Below the pieces are notes generated by a model. The model searched no databases. It worked only from the letters and a program-made list of their open reading frames with translations, and was not told the origin of the DNA. Of a stretch of 64,000 bases of DNA, positions 11,556 through 23,527 are shown in pieces (positions within the stretch are counted from its first letter, which is position 1; every line of letters starts with the position of its first letter). The stretch spans positions 1,158,942 to 1,222,941 of the forward strand of contig CAJFCJ010000009.1 of NCBI GenBank assembly GCA_904063045.1, given 5' to 3'. Origin of the DNA: Dimorphilus gyrociliatus (Eukaryota > Animalia > Annelida). A program made the position numbers and the translations under genes.

Positions 11556-14407
11556 TTATAATGTTTCATCTATAGTCTGTTGAAATAGGACAACTGGTTC
11601 ATCACCATCTCTTTCAATTGATTCAAATTTTATGCAGTTAGAATGCTGGAGGAGCATTCTTTTCAAGGAAGCATTCTCTTTTTCTAGTTGACAAATTTTT
11701 TTCTAAAAGTAAATAAGAATTAATAACATCATTCATTTTGAAATTAGAGGGCTTTACTTGATATTGTTGAAGTGAACGCTTGGCTTCGTCGTATTTTCTT
11801 TCTAAATCACCCATTATTTTCTTTTTTTTGGCTCTTGATCTGGCAGCGGCAGCTCTATTCCTCTCTAAATATTGTTTCTTTTTGTCTTCAACATCCTCAG
11901 AACCACTAAATTGTTCGCCAAAACCTCGAGAACTCTCAGTTGGAGTTGAAGTATCGGCAGCACTTTTAACTGGTTTATTCGAAAATCCAAAACTAATTGG
12001 CCTCCTTTCCGAAACTATAATAAACAAACAATTACAAATATTTTTGCAATGAGACAATTGTTTTGAAGAAAATACCAAAAGAAGTGCAAAGCCGGACATC
12101 CTCAGTTGGTGTAGTAGCAGCACTATTACCACTCCTTATGGCTTCTTTCAATTTTTGTTTTGCAAACGAGGACTTTGAGGATTCGCTTCCTGACGATATA
12201 GGACTACCAGCAGAAAAAGGAGTAGTACAAGACCCTGAAACTTGCACCGGTTGACCAATTTGCGCCGGTATACTTATTGGAATAACGCCACCATTAGCCA
12301 ACGGAAGCATCAACTGTACTGATAATGGCTGCAATTGATGTTGGACGGTAGTTGGTATGGCTGTCGTTGGTTTAATTCTAAATTCGAAATAGATATATAA
12401 AGATAGAGAAGAGAGTCAAGAAATCAGTGTGTTATAAAATTTACTCTTCATTTTTGGCGGCAATCACACTAGCACCATCAGTAGCCGATTGTATATTGAC
12501 AATATCCTTTTCGATATTTGTTATAGGAGTATTTCCATGGGAAATGTGATTCTTAAAAAAAAATTCTACTTTTAATGTTTATCTCATAATAAAACAAACG
12601 ATAATTTAAAAAGAAAGAGCAATGAGCTCTCTTTTTTTGTTTTCTAGATGTATAAATGTACATATTTACCATCTGTATATAATTAGGACTGACATCCACT
12701 CCTGTAACTTCGGAAGAATCCAACGGTAGAACAACATTCGAATCATCAACAACATCGTGAAACTGCATAAAAATCAAAGAATCAGATTGCATAACCTGGT
12801 TTAATATTATCGAAAAAAAAGTATTAAACAGCTTAGACCTATATATTGACTGCTTCAGATAAACAAGACAAAAATATATATATAAAAGTAAATAAAATCT
12901 ATATTGTCATTCTTGTCATTGACAAAAAAATGGATGCTATTTATTTTTTTTGTAAGTTGTAAGCAACTTTATCGATTATCGAATATAAAGAAGATCTAAT
13001 ACATTTATTATCGTAGGATAAAAAAACAATAGAAAAATATTTTCCTCTATTTCACCTACTCTAATACAAATACTGTAAATCTATATTTATACATCTACAC
13101 GAATATGTATATTTCTATAGTAATAATACTATACTGTTTATTCAATTACATACATAACATAGAAGATATTGATATAAAATTATTTATTATTGATAAATAA
13201 AGTATCCTAATGATGATGATACTATTACTAACATGAAGGCCGGAGATAGTTGCACCTTAAGGTAAACTCTTTAAATAGTAATACAATATTCTATTGAATT
13301 GCCGAGAAATAAGCAGAATTTATTGCTTAGAAGAGCATTTCTTTGAACAGCATATATTTGACATGTCAGCAGATTGTGTTCACTCCTTATAGGGGCTATA
13401 ACTCTATCTTTCATAAACAATCTCTTTATGTAATTAATCGAAAACTGATATTATTGTATAAAATAGACCTATATTTTGATAAAAATGAATAATACAATTT
13501 AAAAATTTATTAAAAGCTTATTACGTGGCTTATATTACACCTTTTGAATAAACAATCAATTGGTATAGGCATATAGAAAGTATAAGGAGATTTTGAATTG
13601 TATACAAAAAAGACTCCAGTAAAATACTGTGCTAATGCTAAGGAAATATTTAATTCTACATAGGTGGCTATGTATATAGACATTACATTCGAAAATTTAC
13701 GTCACGTATGCTGGAATGAGCCTTATCAGTAAAAACTGTACTTTCTGATTGTAGAAAGTCAATACGTAAATGTCAAATTTCAAACTCTAGAATATAATGG
13801 GACACTTAAAACGTTTTTCGAAATGTGACGAATCTTTATTCTAATCGGAAATATATAAAATCTTACCTTCCGTTTTTTTCCCGTTGAAACCAAACTGGGT
13901 TGGGGGGTTTCCAAAACAGTAACCACATCATTAACGTCTAAAGAATGTTGACTATCATCTACTTCTAATTGTGATGAAATTTCTTTTCTAAAGGCTATGT
14001 CGAATGGATTTGTTTCTGTTTGTCCTACAGATTTTAAATCGTTAAACAGTCCTACTTCATCACCATGTCTGATAATAGAAGTTGGTGTCGGTGTTTGATC
14101 TTTTTTAAAAAGGAACAGAGACGAAATATATTATTATACATTTTTATCTTTATATAAGAAAATTAGTTTTAAGTTTTAGTTTATTTAAATTCTTACCTGT
14201 AAATTGCAAGTTTGGCTGTTTGCCAGCCCTTGATAGGTCTAAATCTAAGTTATGTTTTAGATTATGAGCTATCATCGTATCATGTTTCGAGAATTTCTGA
14301 TTAAAAATTAAAATCACTTAATAAAATATAGATGAAGGTAAAATCAATCAAACCTTCTTGCAATAATTGCATTCGAAAGGTTTATCATCGTTATCCTCGC
14401 TCGCCAT
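11556..14407 (-). CDS. ATF2: ATF2/ATF7-family bZIP transcription factor with N-terminal C2H2 finger
   Basis: MASEDNDDKPFECNYCKKKFSKHDTMIAHNLKH (C2H2), DQTPTPT (MAPK-site motif of ATF2) and EVGLFNDL; the basic region is KKKQYLERNRAAAARSRAKKK, and the last exon is KENASLKRMLLQHSNC. Confidence 0.92.
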
Positions 14408-14952
14408 AGAGTAATACAGTGTCGACTGATTCGTTTTCAGACTAACCGAATGATCATGACACGTCTTTTGAAAACGGTCAAATCTTTCGATTCGACGTTA
14501 ATCACCGTAAATTATGAGATAAAAATACTCTGAAGGCAGTAAATACAAGTTGAATAAATAAAGTTAAAACGTAAAATCCTTAACAGGAAGTTCAAGAACG
14601 GAAGTCAATTTATGTAGTTTTGTAAGTTCGTTTTCCGAACGCGCGAAAATTTTTAAAAAGAATACGAAGAAAAATACTATGTCAATCATTCCACACACTA
14701 ACAACCATAAAAACATTTTTATTTCAAACATTTTTTAATATATACATGTTATCCCTTGTTCTGATATTTTAAAATTCAAATAGAATTGACACTATAATAC
14801 TAAATTTTCTTAAATAAAAAAGATATAAGAATAATTTGTGCCTATTTCAAATTAATTAATGAAGGTTTAACCAATGACAGAACATTACTGTAAATAACAA
14901 CGATAAGTTCAAAATTAAACTCTTCAAACATAACAAGCATATAATAAATTCT

Positions 14953-15510
14953 TTATCTATAATCTGCCCAAGGATCAGGTTCGGGTTCTATGCGAATATC
15001 ATCAACATATAAATCATGAACGATTCCGTCTCTTTTCTTGCCAGTAGTTGTCGCTTTAATAAATGCTGAATGACCATGAGCAATAGCAAAACTAGTTTCA
15101 GTCCCATCGTCTACAAATTCCCCAGTTGTTTCCATTCTTTTGCCATTGACGTAAACGTCCATTGTGTCTTTTTCAAGGGCGACTCTTATTGGTTGTCCAT
15201 CAAGATCGGCAATAACCCATGATTTGCTGATTTTTCGTTGATTCTCTGCAAACTTTTTTAGTGTCTTTCCATTTATAGTCAGGAGATACTCATAGGCAAA
15301 GCCTGACATTGCCTCTATACTAATTGTACATTTTACTTTTCCAATATTAAAGGTTTCCGAACCGACTAATTTAAACATCCAATCTTTCCTCATAATCTCC
15401 TTTCCGTCCACAATAACCACTCTCTTACCAGTTGTGGTGCCATGCTCAAATTCCAAAATATGACGTCCATCTGCCAAAGCAATCTCCCAAACTGCTACCC
15501 GATCACTCAT
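14953..15510 (-). CDS. FAIM: Fas apoptotic inhibitory molecule 1
   Basis: MSDRVAVWEIALADGRHILEFEHGTTTGKRVVIVDGKEIMRKDWMFKLVGSETF closely matches the FAIM N-terminus. The CDS is a single exon. Confidence 0.96.
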   Translation of the reverse strand: MSDRVAVWEIALADGRHILEFEHGTTTGKRVVIVDGKEIMRKDWMFKLVGSETFNIGKVKCTISIEAMSGFAYEYLLTINGKTLKKFAENQRKISKSWVIADLDGQPIRVALEKDTMDVYVNGKRMETTGEFVDDGTETSFAIAHGHSAFIKATTTGKKRDGIVHDLYVDDIRIEPEPDPWADYR

Positions 15511-15675
15511 AGCAACGATCAAATAAGAAAAAAATATTACTGTATTCGCTCTAAAAGTTAGATTGAGTTTGATGATTTGTAATTTCTAAATTATTAATTG
15601 TTAGATGTAATATAAAATCAATTTTTTGTCCGAACAAGTCTCGTAGTTAATATAAACAGCAAAAATGTGATGATA

Positions 15676-15685
15676 GCGACATCTA
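15676..15685 (-). promoter_or_regulatory. CTCF-like motif TAGATGTCGC in the FAIM/CEP70 divergent promoter
   Basis: Matches the recurrent TAGATG(G/T)CG core and resembles the CTCF core AGRKGGCGC. Confidence 0.5.
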
Positions 15686-15836
15686 TCGTTAATATCCTCA
15701 GTTACAGGTAGGCATGCAGTATTTATTTTATTACCTTGGATTTTGTTTATTAACGGTAGTCTTGGAAAAAGATTCGGCCATTTTTAAAACCCAGTCTAGT
15801 TATTAATCTCATTTTACAGTCGGTAATTTTTTAGTA

Positions 15837-17407
15837 ATGGCTGGTTTTGCGCCAGAAATTGTAAGTTTATTCCTTTAAAGTTAAAACTATTTAATTATAT
15901 ATTAATTTTAATATTTTTTGATAAGTTTAATAACTTATTATCTATATTAATACATCCTTCAATATCAAACAAAACGTTGATCGTTTATTTAAAATATTCG
16001 AAATTTATTAACGTGTAACAGCAAGTTCTTAGTATACAAAAAGGATTAAGAATTTTTAAAGGAGTTTTATTAATGTAAACAGCTTGTGGAACAAGACGAA
16101 TGGCACCGCTTAAACGATGATTTAAAACACCACGGCCTTCTCCCATTGGATATTCGTCTTTCAGATTCTGGTGAAATTTTCCTGGGATCAAGAGAATCAA
16201 GTCGATTACGTCATATACTAATTACTCTTCTATCAGACACCGACAGAAGGCAAAAATTAGTTCATGAATTACTTGTAACAAATCAACAATTAAGAACTGA
16301 TATACCGGAACGAGATAACGTACTTGTTGCATATAAGAGGAAAATTGAACAATTAGAAGAACAGTTGGACAATCATGAAGGCTTAAGGAAGGACACCGTT
16401 AAACTCAAAACTCTTGAAGACGCAATTGAAACTGCTGAAAGAAGAGTTAAACGAGCAAGGGGTAAAGCAAACGAACTTCAACAGGGTCATTAGAACGAAA
16501 GCTAGTCATTACTAAATCAAAAAAATGTTAATAAACAAATATTTAAAAGTTAAGTTCATAAAGTAAATATTTAACTTACGTTCTATTGACCTAAAATAGA
16601 ATTAAATGATATATATTCAAAATTGGATGTTAATACATCGGATGAGGCTAACTGCGCTTTGGACGCTCTCCTAAAACTCGCTACAGAAATACGGTCGGAA
16701 TTTGATGATGAACCGAGGAAAAAACATACAGTTTGGTGCAATAAAACAGTTCACAGATTAACTTCCAGAATAAGTCAGATGCAAGCTGACTATCAACTGC
16801 ATAAATCGGCTCTTGATTCAGTATGCTGTAGGTACTTGCCAAAAATCAAACCGGATTCATCGAAACAGGCATTACACGTCATCAAATTAATTGAAGAAGA
16901 GGGTCGGAAACATAAAAGATCTTTGAACGATATACCTGAAAATGTTACTCGACAAGTAATTCTTCATTTCATGGAGGTTTTCAATATTCGTGACTTTGGT
17001 GGAATTTACACAGCTATCAATAGTTTGTATACAAAGACTTCCGAATATACAAATGTATTGAATGCTCTAGCAAGAACATTAGGTCTGGATGAAGATATTT
17101 CCCCATTCCAGGTTGGTTTTCGACTTTAAAAGGAAAATTAGCATTATTTATAATATTCTTTTCTATTCTAAAGATAGTAGATTCTGTTGCTGATTTGGTT
17201 GATATAGCAAATGATGCTGCTGCCAAGCGTGTATGCGATGCGCTTGGTGTCACAGATATTGAAGATGCAACAGCGAAGATACGAGAACAACAAGCGTTTC
17301 TTCCAACTTTTAGGAATATCATTAAACAGCTCATTAGTATTTTAAGATTACAAACTATGGAGGAAATAGTACCAGCCGTTAGAGCCCTGAAACTCTTGGC
17401 TTCTTGA
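15837..17407 (+). CDS. CEP70: CEP70-like centrosomal coiled-coil protein (about 390 aa)
   Basis: Exon 1 is MAGFAPEI|gtaagt. EWHRLNDDLKHHGLLPL and LVHELLVTNQQLR match the CEP70 N-terminus; HFMEVFNIRDFGGIYTAINSLY and EIVPAVRALKLL match its C-terminus. Splicing at G|gtcatt (16486) removes the stop at 16493. Confidence 0.8.
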
Positions 17408-18495
17408 ACATCAAGTGACAAGAAACTCTTCACATATCAGGAAAAAACGAAAAATAGTTATAAAATACGGACAATATTATTTTTCACAAGGATTGTAGTT
17501 TAAATAGAGATTGTAATTTACTTTATATTTACAATGCAGTTGAATAAAACGAAAGATGATATATCAATGCAAACTCTCCAAAAGTTTTATAGTAAGGTAT
17601 AAATTAGTCAACAAATCGTGTTTCTAGCATGGTATGACATTTAGCTAAGCCTTTAATAGACACCTTCTATTATACTTTATTACATATCAGAACAAATTCA
17701 CTTGCTTTTCTGGGCCAATAACTATATATACTAATATATACATAAAGGTATTTTCGCTTTTCGTAGGCTTATATAAAAATATATCGTAGGCTTGATAAAT
17801 TGTAAATGGGATCGGTGCTCCGCTTTTTACGTGAAAAAAAATCCTTTTCAGGTGAACCACTCTAAACCGGTGATGCCCTCTTCACCGTCGCCATTTTGTC
17901 ACTGACCAGCGGTAAGCTGTAATTTTAATTTACTGAATTTTCTTATCGGGTTAACTTTTTTTGAGAAATAATGATTTTTCTATAAATCAATCACTTATAC
18001 TCGGTAACTTTTTTTCGTTTTTATCATGGGATATTGTCTAGTAATACCTTAAAGATCTATTAGTGATTCAGAAAGAATCTATTTTTAATCTAAAAAAGCA
18101 TTGTCTAAATATATAATGGAAAATGAAAGAATCGTTTAGGACATCGTGATCTTTATTTATCTTTCTAGGTTATTAGTGGAGAAAAGTCATTTTAATTTAT
18201 TACTTTACGCATGTAACAATTGAAAAACATTATTTTAAATAAGCATCATTTAAATGGAACTATAATGTTTTATAACCCGGGTTTTGAACAGCGAGATCCT
18301 ATATCAAAGGTCTCTTTAAATCCTATAAAATCTTTTTTTTTACTAAATACAATGCTAATTTAATGTTTTAGCTATCTATATAACCTGGTTATTTTAATTT
18401 GCAGTTATACGTTTACCTTTTTATTTTCGAAAAAATAAAAATATCTAATTTTTTATATATCATATTCATAGCTGGATCTCGGTGAAGAAAGAAAT

Positions 18496-19743
18496 ATGAA
18501 CGTTGAGATACAACAAGTCGATGAACAAGAATTGGAAATTGTTGGTTTGTATAATAATATTTTTATTAGCAACTGTAAGTTGTGAATCTTAATCTTGAGT
18601 AGATATTTCAGAACATAATCTTGATGAGAAGAGGCTAAGCGAAGATTCATCGGGAGTCAGTAAATCATGGCCTCATGCTGCTATTTTGTGTTTATTGGAA
18701 AATTATAAAAAATTTAAAAATGCCGTCTTTTCAACTGATGATGAATCAAAACCAGCTAGGTGAGCTGTTAATCTTCTTGAACTCTGAAAAAGATGAGACA
18801 AATTCACATCTTATCAATGTTTTATACAGGCAATTTAAGCGAAAAATTTGGGAGTTGGTCTCAAATGAATTACGTGTTAAAGGCTTTAGCATGAGTGCTG
18901 AGGAATCGAATCAAAAATTTAGAAACCTAAAGAGAACTTTCCGAACACTAGAAGATGGTAAAAAGGGTAGAGATTCCATTGTTAGATGGAAATATTACGA
19001 TCTAATGGAGGATATTTTGAGAGACGACGAGAATACTGATGAATCATTAATTATTGTAACAAAAGAAGATCATCCACCTTCTTATAGTAAGATCTATTAT
19101 TTTATTAATACATTCAGATCTTTACTTTATTTTCATAGAATGGACAGATGATTCTATTCACACACTCATGAAATTATATAAAGAACTTCGAGATGAGTTC
19201 TTATCTACAAACACTAAAAGAAGGGTCTGGGAAAAATTAGCCAGAAGCATGCAAGAATCCGGATTTATAGTTGGCGCTGATGAATGTGATCAGAAGTTCA
19301 GAAACTTAAAGAGAACATTTCGGGTTTGCCTCTATAATAAATTGGGAAAAGAATCGATTACTTGGCCATTCTTTAATATGTTTTGGGAATTATTTAATCA
19401 CGAATATAGCGTCATAACAGTAGACGAACAGGGTAGAACAATATCAACTGACAACAAAATAGAGATTACAAATATGGTAAAAGTGAAGGATGAAGTGAGA
19501 AAGAGACCTGTACCAACAGAAACAGGAGCCAGCTCTAAAAAAGTAAGAGTTGAAGAATTACCCGTTGAGACAGCACCTTCTGAAACATTAGAGTGGGAAG
19601 AATTCGTAAAAAAAGATATCGAATTCAAGAAATCAGTCAAATATTCTCTCGAATTATTACATGAATTAATGAAAGAGCAACATTTAGAACAAAAAAAGTG
19701 TTCAGAACTATTGGCCAAATTGTGTCAAAAATTTGGCGATTGA
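18496..19743 (+). CDS. Protein with tandem Myb/SANT-like trihelix (Myb_DNA-bind_4 / MSANTD-type) domains and a C-terminal coiled coil
   Basis: The spliced product has two repeats, W...LL..Y...R(K/R)(I/V)WE...EE(S/C)(N/D)QKFRNLKRTFR...W.(Y/F)(Y/F)..M. Introns at about 18545-18603, 18760-18829 and 19087-19138 have consistent phases. There is a non-coding upstream exon with donor cg|gtaagc near 17912. Confidence 0.85.
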
Positions 19744-19960
19744 CAAACTTGTTTAAGATATTCAGAAGTTCAATTCTGTTTATTTTCTCTTGTAATTAAG
19801 TTAACGAATATTTAAATAGTTTCCTTTGTAGAGTGATTGTAAATATATGAATTATTCAAGTATTAATAAATTCGAATAGTATGTTGGAACTAAATACCAT
19901 AATTAGAAATTATTTTAAATTTATTGTTATAACTTATGTAACAAAACAATGGTTGAAGCT

Positions 19961-22415
19961 TTAGCCCAATTTCAAAGCAGCAATATCTCTAGCTTTAACA
20001 TCCTTTCTTAACCTTAATATCCTTCTGACGTCATTTGGCGATAATCGCCAAGTAAATGAAGATGATGCGCCACAATAATCCTTCAGTTCATCAACATTTT
20101 CAACGCTTAATACGAGAGCCATTTGTTGAATCCTGGCAAACTTATCTCTCACCGTCCAAGAAGTTAAAGATGTTATATAAGTGAGAAGAGTTCGTAAATC
20201 ACGTTCTAGTTGCATACCTCCGAGTCTGTTGTAAAAAAGAAAAAGTAGACAAATTAAATATTTATAGAAATATTCTCACATACTGTATAATAAAAAGGTA
20301 GTAATTCTTAAATAGATAATTAGATATTTTACAACGAAAGTTTTCACTCTTAATTACACAAGATTGAAGTTTTTTCATTCTACAAACCTGTTGAATGTTC
20401 TACTTAATATGGCTTTCTCTAGTCTGATACTAAACTCATGTGCTGATTGATTAATTAGAGTATCAAAATTCTCGGTAGAGAGATCCTCCTGCAAAGATTT
20501 AAAAGCCATATCCATTGTAGCTATAGCTTGAAACGTCCAAGGATCGTCCACTTCGTAGCAATCCAAATCTTGTTCATTTAAAACATGACTGACATTTGAA
20601 AAAAAGTCAATTGCCGCGACTATTTTTGCCTTTACAACATTCAAGTGCAGCTTGGCACAAAATTCATTTTGTAAAGAGGTAAAGTTTGACATAGAACTAT
20701 TTAATTCACAAACAACAGCTGTCAATTTTGCAGATTCCTTAACCGTTCTATCATCTTCGAACTTCGATTTTAACTTTTTAACATTTTCTATTGCCCTTTG
20801 GGTATTATTTGCGTATAAAGCTAAAACTTGTTTATCCACCGAAGACAATTTAATCTGAGCAAAAAGAAAAGGTTAAATTATATATATTTGTTTACAAGAT
20901 AAGATGACGAGAAAAAGTTATTATTACCTTTAAATTTTCTAATAAATTACTTTCCAGTAAAGTTACGGCATTGTTAATAACTGCACAGGCAGCTTGAACA
21001 CTTGCTGTACTTAAAGACCTAGTGATACACTTTTCCAGTACATAGAATATATCATCTACAAATGAAGAAACTGTTGCTGTATTTAAAGAAAATGTACCAT
21101 CCATTTGTTTAGCCTTAAAAACGCTTTCTGTCATCCATCTCTCTTCCAAAGCAACGTATGACGATATCAAATCATGTATTCTCCTCGATAATTTGCTTTC
21201 GGGCATATCGGGAGCTCTTCTTTGTATGAATCTTGCGTATAAATGGGCTCTATATGATAACGATGATATTTCTGCCAAAACAGGATCAATTTGTCTGGCA
21301 TCGTCTAAATCGTTTAACTTCCGTTCATTTTCAAATGAGGTTAAAAGTGTCAAAGCGTGTTTATCGCATTCAGCTTGGACATGTAATAGAGCATCCTTTA
21401 AACGGTCAGAACCATAATATGCATTGACTAATGGTTCTAGAGTATTCACTAACCCTGCAGCTTCTTCTAGTAGTATATTAATAGAATCAGCAAATTTAAC
21501 ATGATATCTAACGTTATTGTCCAAAGCAGCTTTAACGTCTGCATCCATAATCTTCGATAAACGATTACTAAGGTTGAATTTCACATTTTTGAAATAAAAA
21601 TTTTTATATAAACTTAAAAGGAAAACGCTGAGTTTAAAAGATCAAACTTTGAATCTATAGCTATATAAAGAAAAATTGTGATATTCAACCTTATATGAGT
21701 GCAGTATGTAGCTAAACCAGTGTCGTGTTCGCCTAATTGTGGGAAAAGTTTGAAAAACCTTTCAACTGTTGCTGTGTCTTCATTTCTTGCAGCTGAGTTC
21801 AATCGATCTTTAACAACACTCTTAAGTTTTTCATGAGCTTCGTGTAAAACTTTTAGAGAAGCTTCTAAAGCACTACTAGTATCCATTTTTCTCAAAACCG
21901 CTTCATCTAGAGCTAAGAATCTTTTTATATGTGAGGCTGCGAGCTCGTAGTCTTCTTCATTGAGAGCATCCTTTACCCCATCCGCACACAATTTTAAGTC
22001 GAGAATATCGTCTACTCTACGAAGACAGGCGCTTATTCTGCTTCCCGCCTCATCAATTTTTCTTACTTTGCAACTAACTCCGTCTGCCAGAGTTGCTGTA
22101 GAACGAAGCTCCTTAGCCAAGTAATAGGCGTCTGACTTGACAGTATTAAGAGAACTAGTATCAAATTCTGGTATTCTTTGTTTACATAGCTCATTGATCG
22201 AATTCTGAATTTTAGTCTGAAATAAAAAAACCGGTGAGATGTTCAGTTTAAAAGTAAACGATAAATATTGTTTGATATTGTAATAGCTGTTAAAAATTGA
22301 ATATGGAATTTTATCATACTTCTTCTACACATAGTTTGTCATAAGCTTCTTGTAACTGCTCTAATGTTTGTAAACTGTCGATGTTTAAAACATTTGTCGA
22401 GCTGGCATCCGCCAT
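19961..22415 (-). CDS. COG4: Conserved oligomeric Golgi complex subunit 4
   Basis: The start is MADASSTN...LEQLQEAYDKLCVEE. It contains RLDDILDLKLCADGV and ERFFKLFPQLG, and ends WTVRDKFARIQQM...TWRLSPNDVRRILRLR, all typical of COG4. Confidence 0.95.
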
Positions 22416-22525
22416 GTTTGTTTACAACAGCTTTTCCGGTCAGGTTCGTGATCCTTAAAAGACATTTGATTCTGAAAAACGCTTCCGAGCACTATCCCTA
22501 CTTTTTAGAATTAAATCGCCAGTTT

Positions 22526-23141
22526 ATGAAAAGAACAAGAATGCCTAAAATTAAATTAGTGGCACATAGACGTTTTATGCAATATTCAAAGTTATCCGTT
22601 ACAGAAAAGATAAAGAGAAGAATGGAAATCGAAAGACTTTTTTCAGATTGGAAAAAGGCTAAAAATGAAAAAGGATGGCCGAAATGTTCGAAAAAGAAGG
22701 ATACTTTTGAAACTAATGAAACTTATGTTGAACATGAAAAAAGTTACGATATATTTGAGAGTGATACTTCTACCACAAAATCTGTCTTATTCAAAACTAA
22801 TGATGAAAATGAATGCTCAACTGACAATGACGGAATGATTTTCGATAAAAATACGTTTCAAACTTTGGTAAAAGATGTTGCCTTAGAAAACCGGAGAGGT
22901 TTAAAAATTACAAAGGTTGCATTATCTCTAATTCAGGTATAATGTTATATAATCTGCTTAGATTCATTGATATTTATAAAAAAAATTAAATTAATTCCAG
23001 CAAAGCTGCGAAGATTACCTTGTTGATATATTTAGGGATTGCGGTAATTCTTCACTAATGAGAAATAATCAAGCTATAGACCTTAAGGATTTTTACATGG
23101 CATTAAAGATGAGATTTAGTTTTTCAAAAAATTTCCAATAG
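22526..23141 (+). CDS. Highly divergent histone H3-like histone-fold protein (183 aa, one intron, long N-terminal extension)
   Basis: Exon 1 is 22526-22936, a phase-0 GT-AG intron is 22937-23000, and exon 2 is 23001-23141. The joined fold KNTFQTLVKDVALENRRGLKITKVALSLIQQSCEDYLVDIFRD...IDLKDFYMALKMR aligns without gaps to H3 [43 protein letters not shown]...IMPKDIQLARRIR. Confidence 0.82.
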
Positions 23142-23527
23142 TAACATTTCTGCCTATAATTTCAAATAATCTTGAAATTTAATTTTTATGAAGTTTCGTT
23201 TTATTGTAGTTGTTTCAAATTTTTGCTCTTTAAAATATAAATAAACTTGTATATCTAGAAAAACTGTTCATATTTGGGTAATTCTGATAACCTTCTTCAA
23301 TATTTTAAAGAATGCACTTTACATGACAGAAATATCTTATTTTCGACAAAGCATTTTCTCTTAAAAAAAGAGAACTTTTTCATGAATGCAGCAAATTCAC
23401 AAACTTATAGATATAAAATCTGTTAGGCATCTATATATTAACGACTTAATTTGTAAATATTAACAGTCACATTTATTTATATATACTGTATATATCTTTA
23501 AAGAAAATGGTAAGCAACACAAAAGAA

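Noticed and set aside
13205-13270. ATGATGA (box C-like) in the ATF2 intron, a possible snoRNA
   Set aside because: It is antisense to the host gene, and I found no clear box D or terminal stem.
16486-16599. Apparent premature stop in CEP70 at 16493
   Set aside because: A phase-1 GT-AG intron (G|gtcatt...aaatag|AA) removes it and restores the frame, so this is not a pseudogene.
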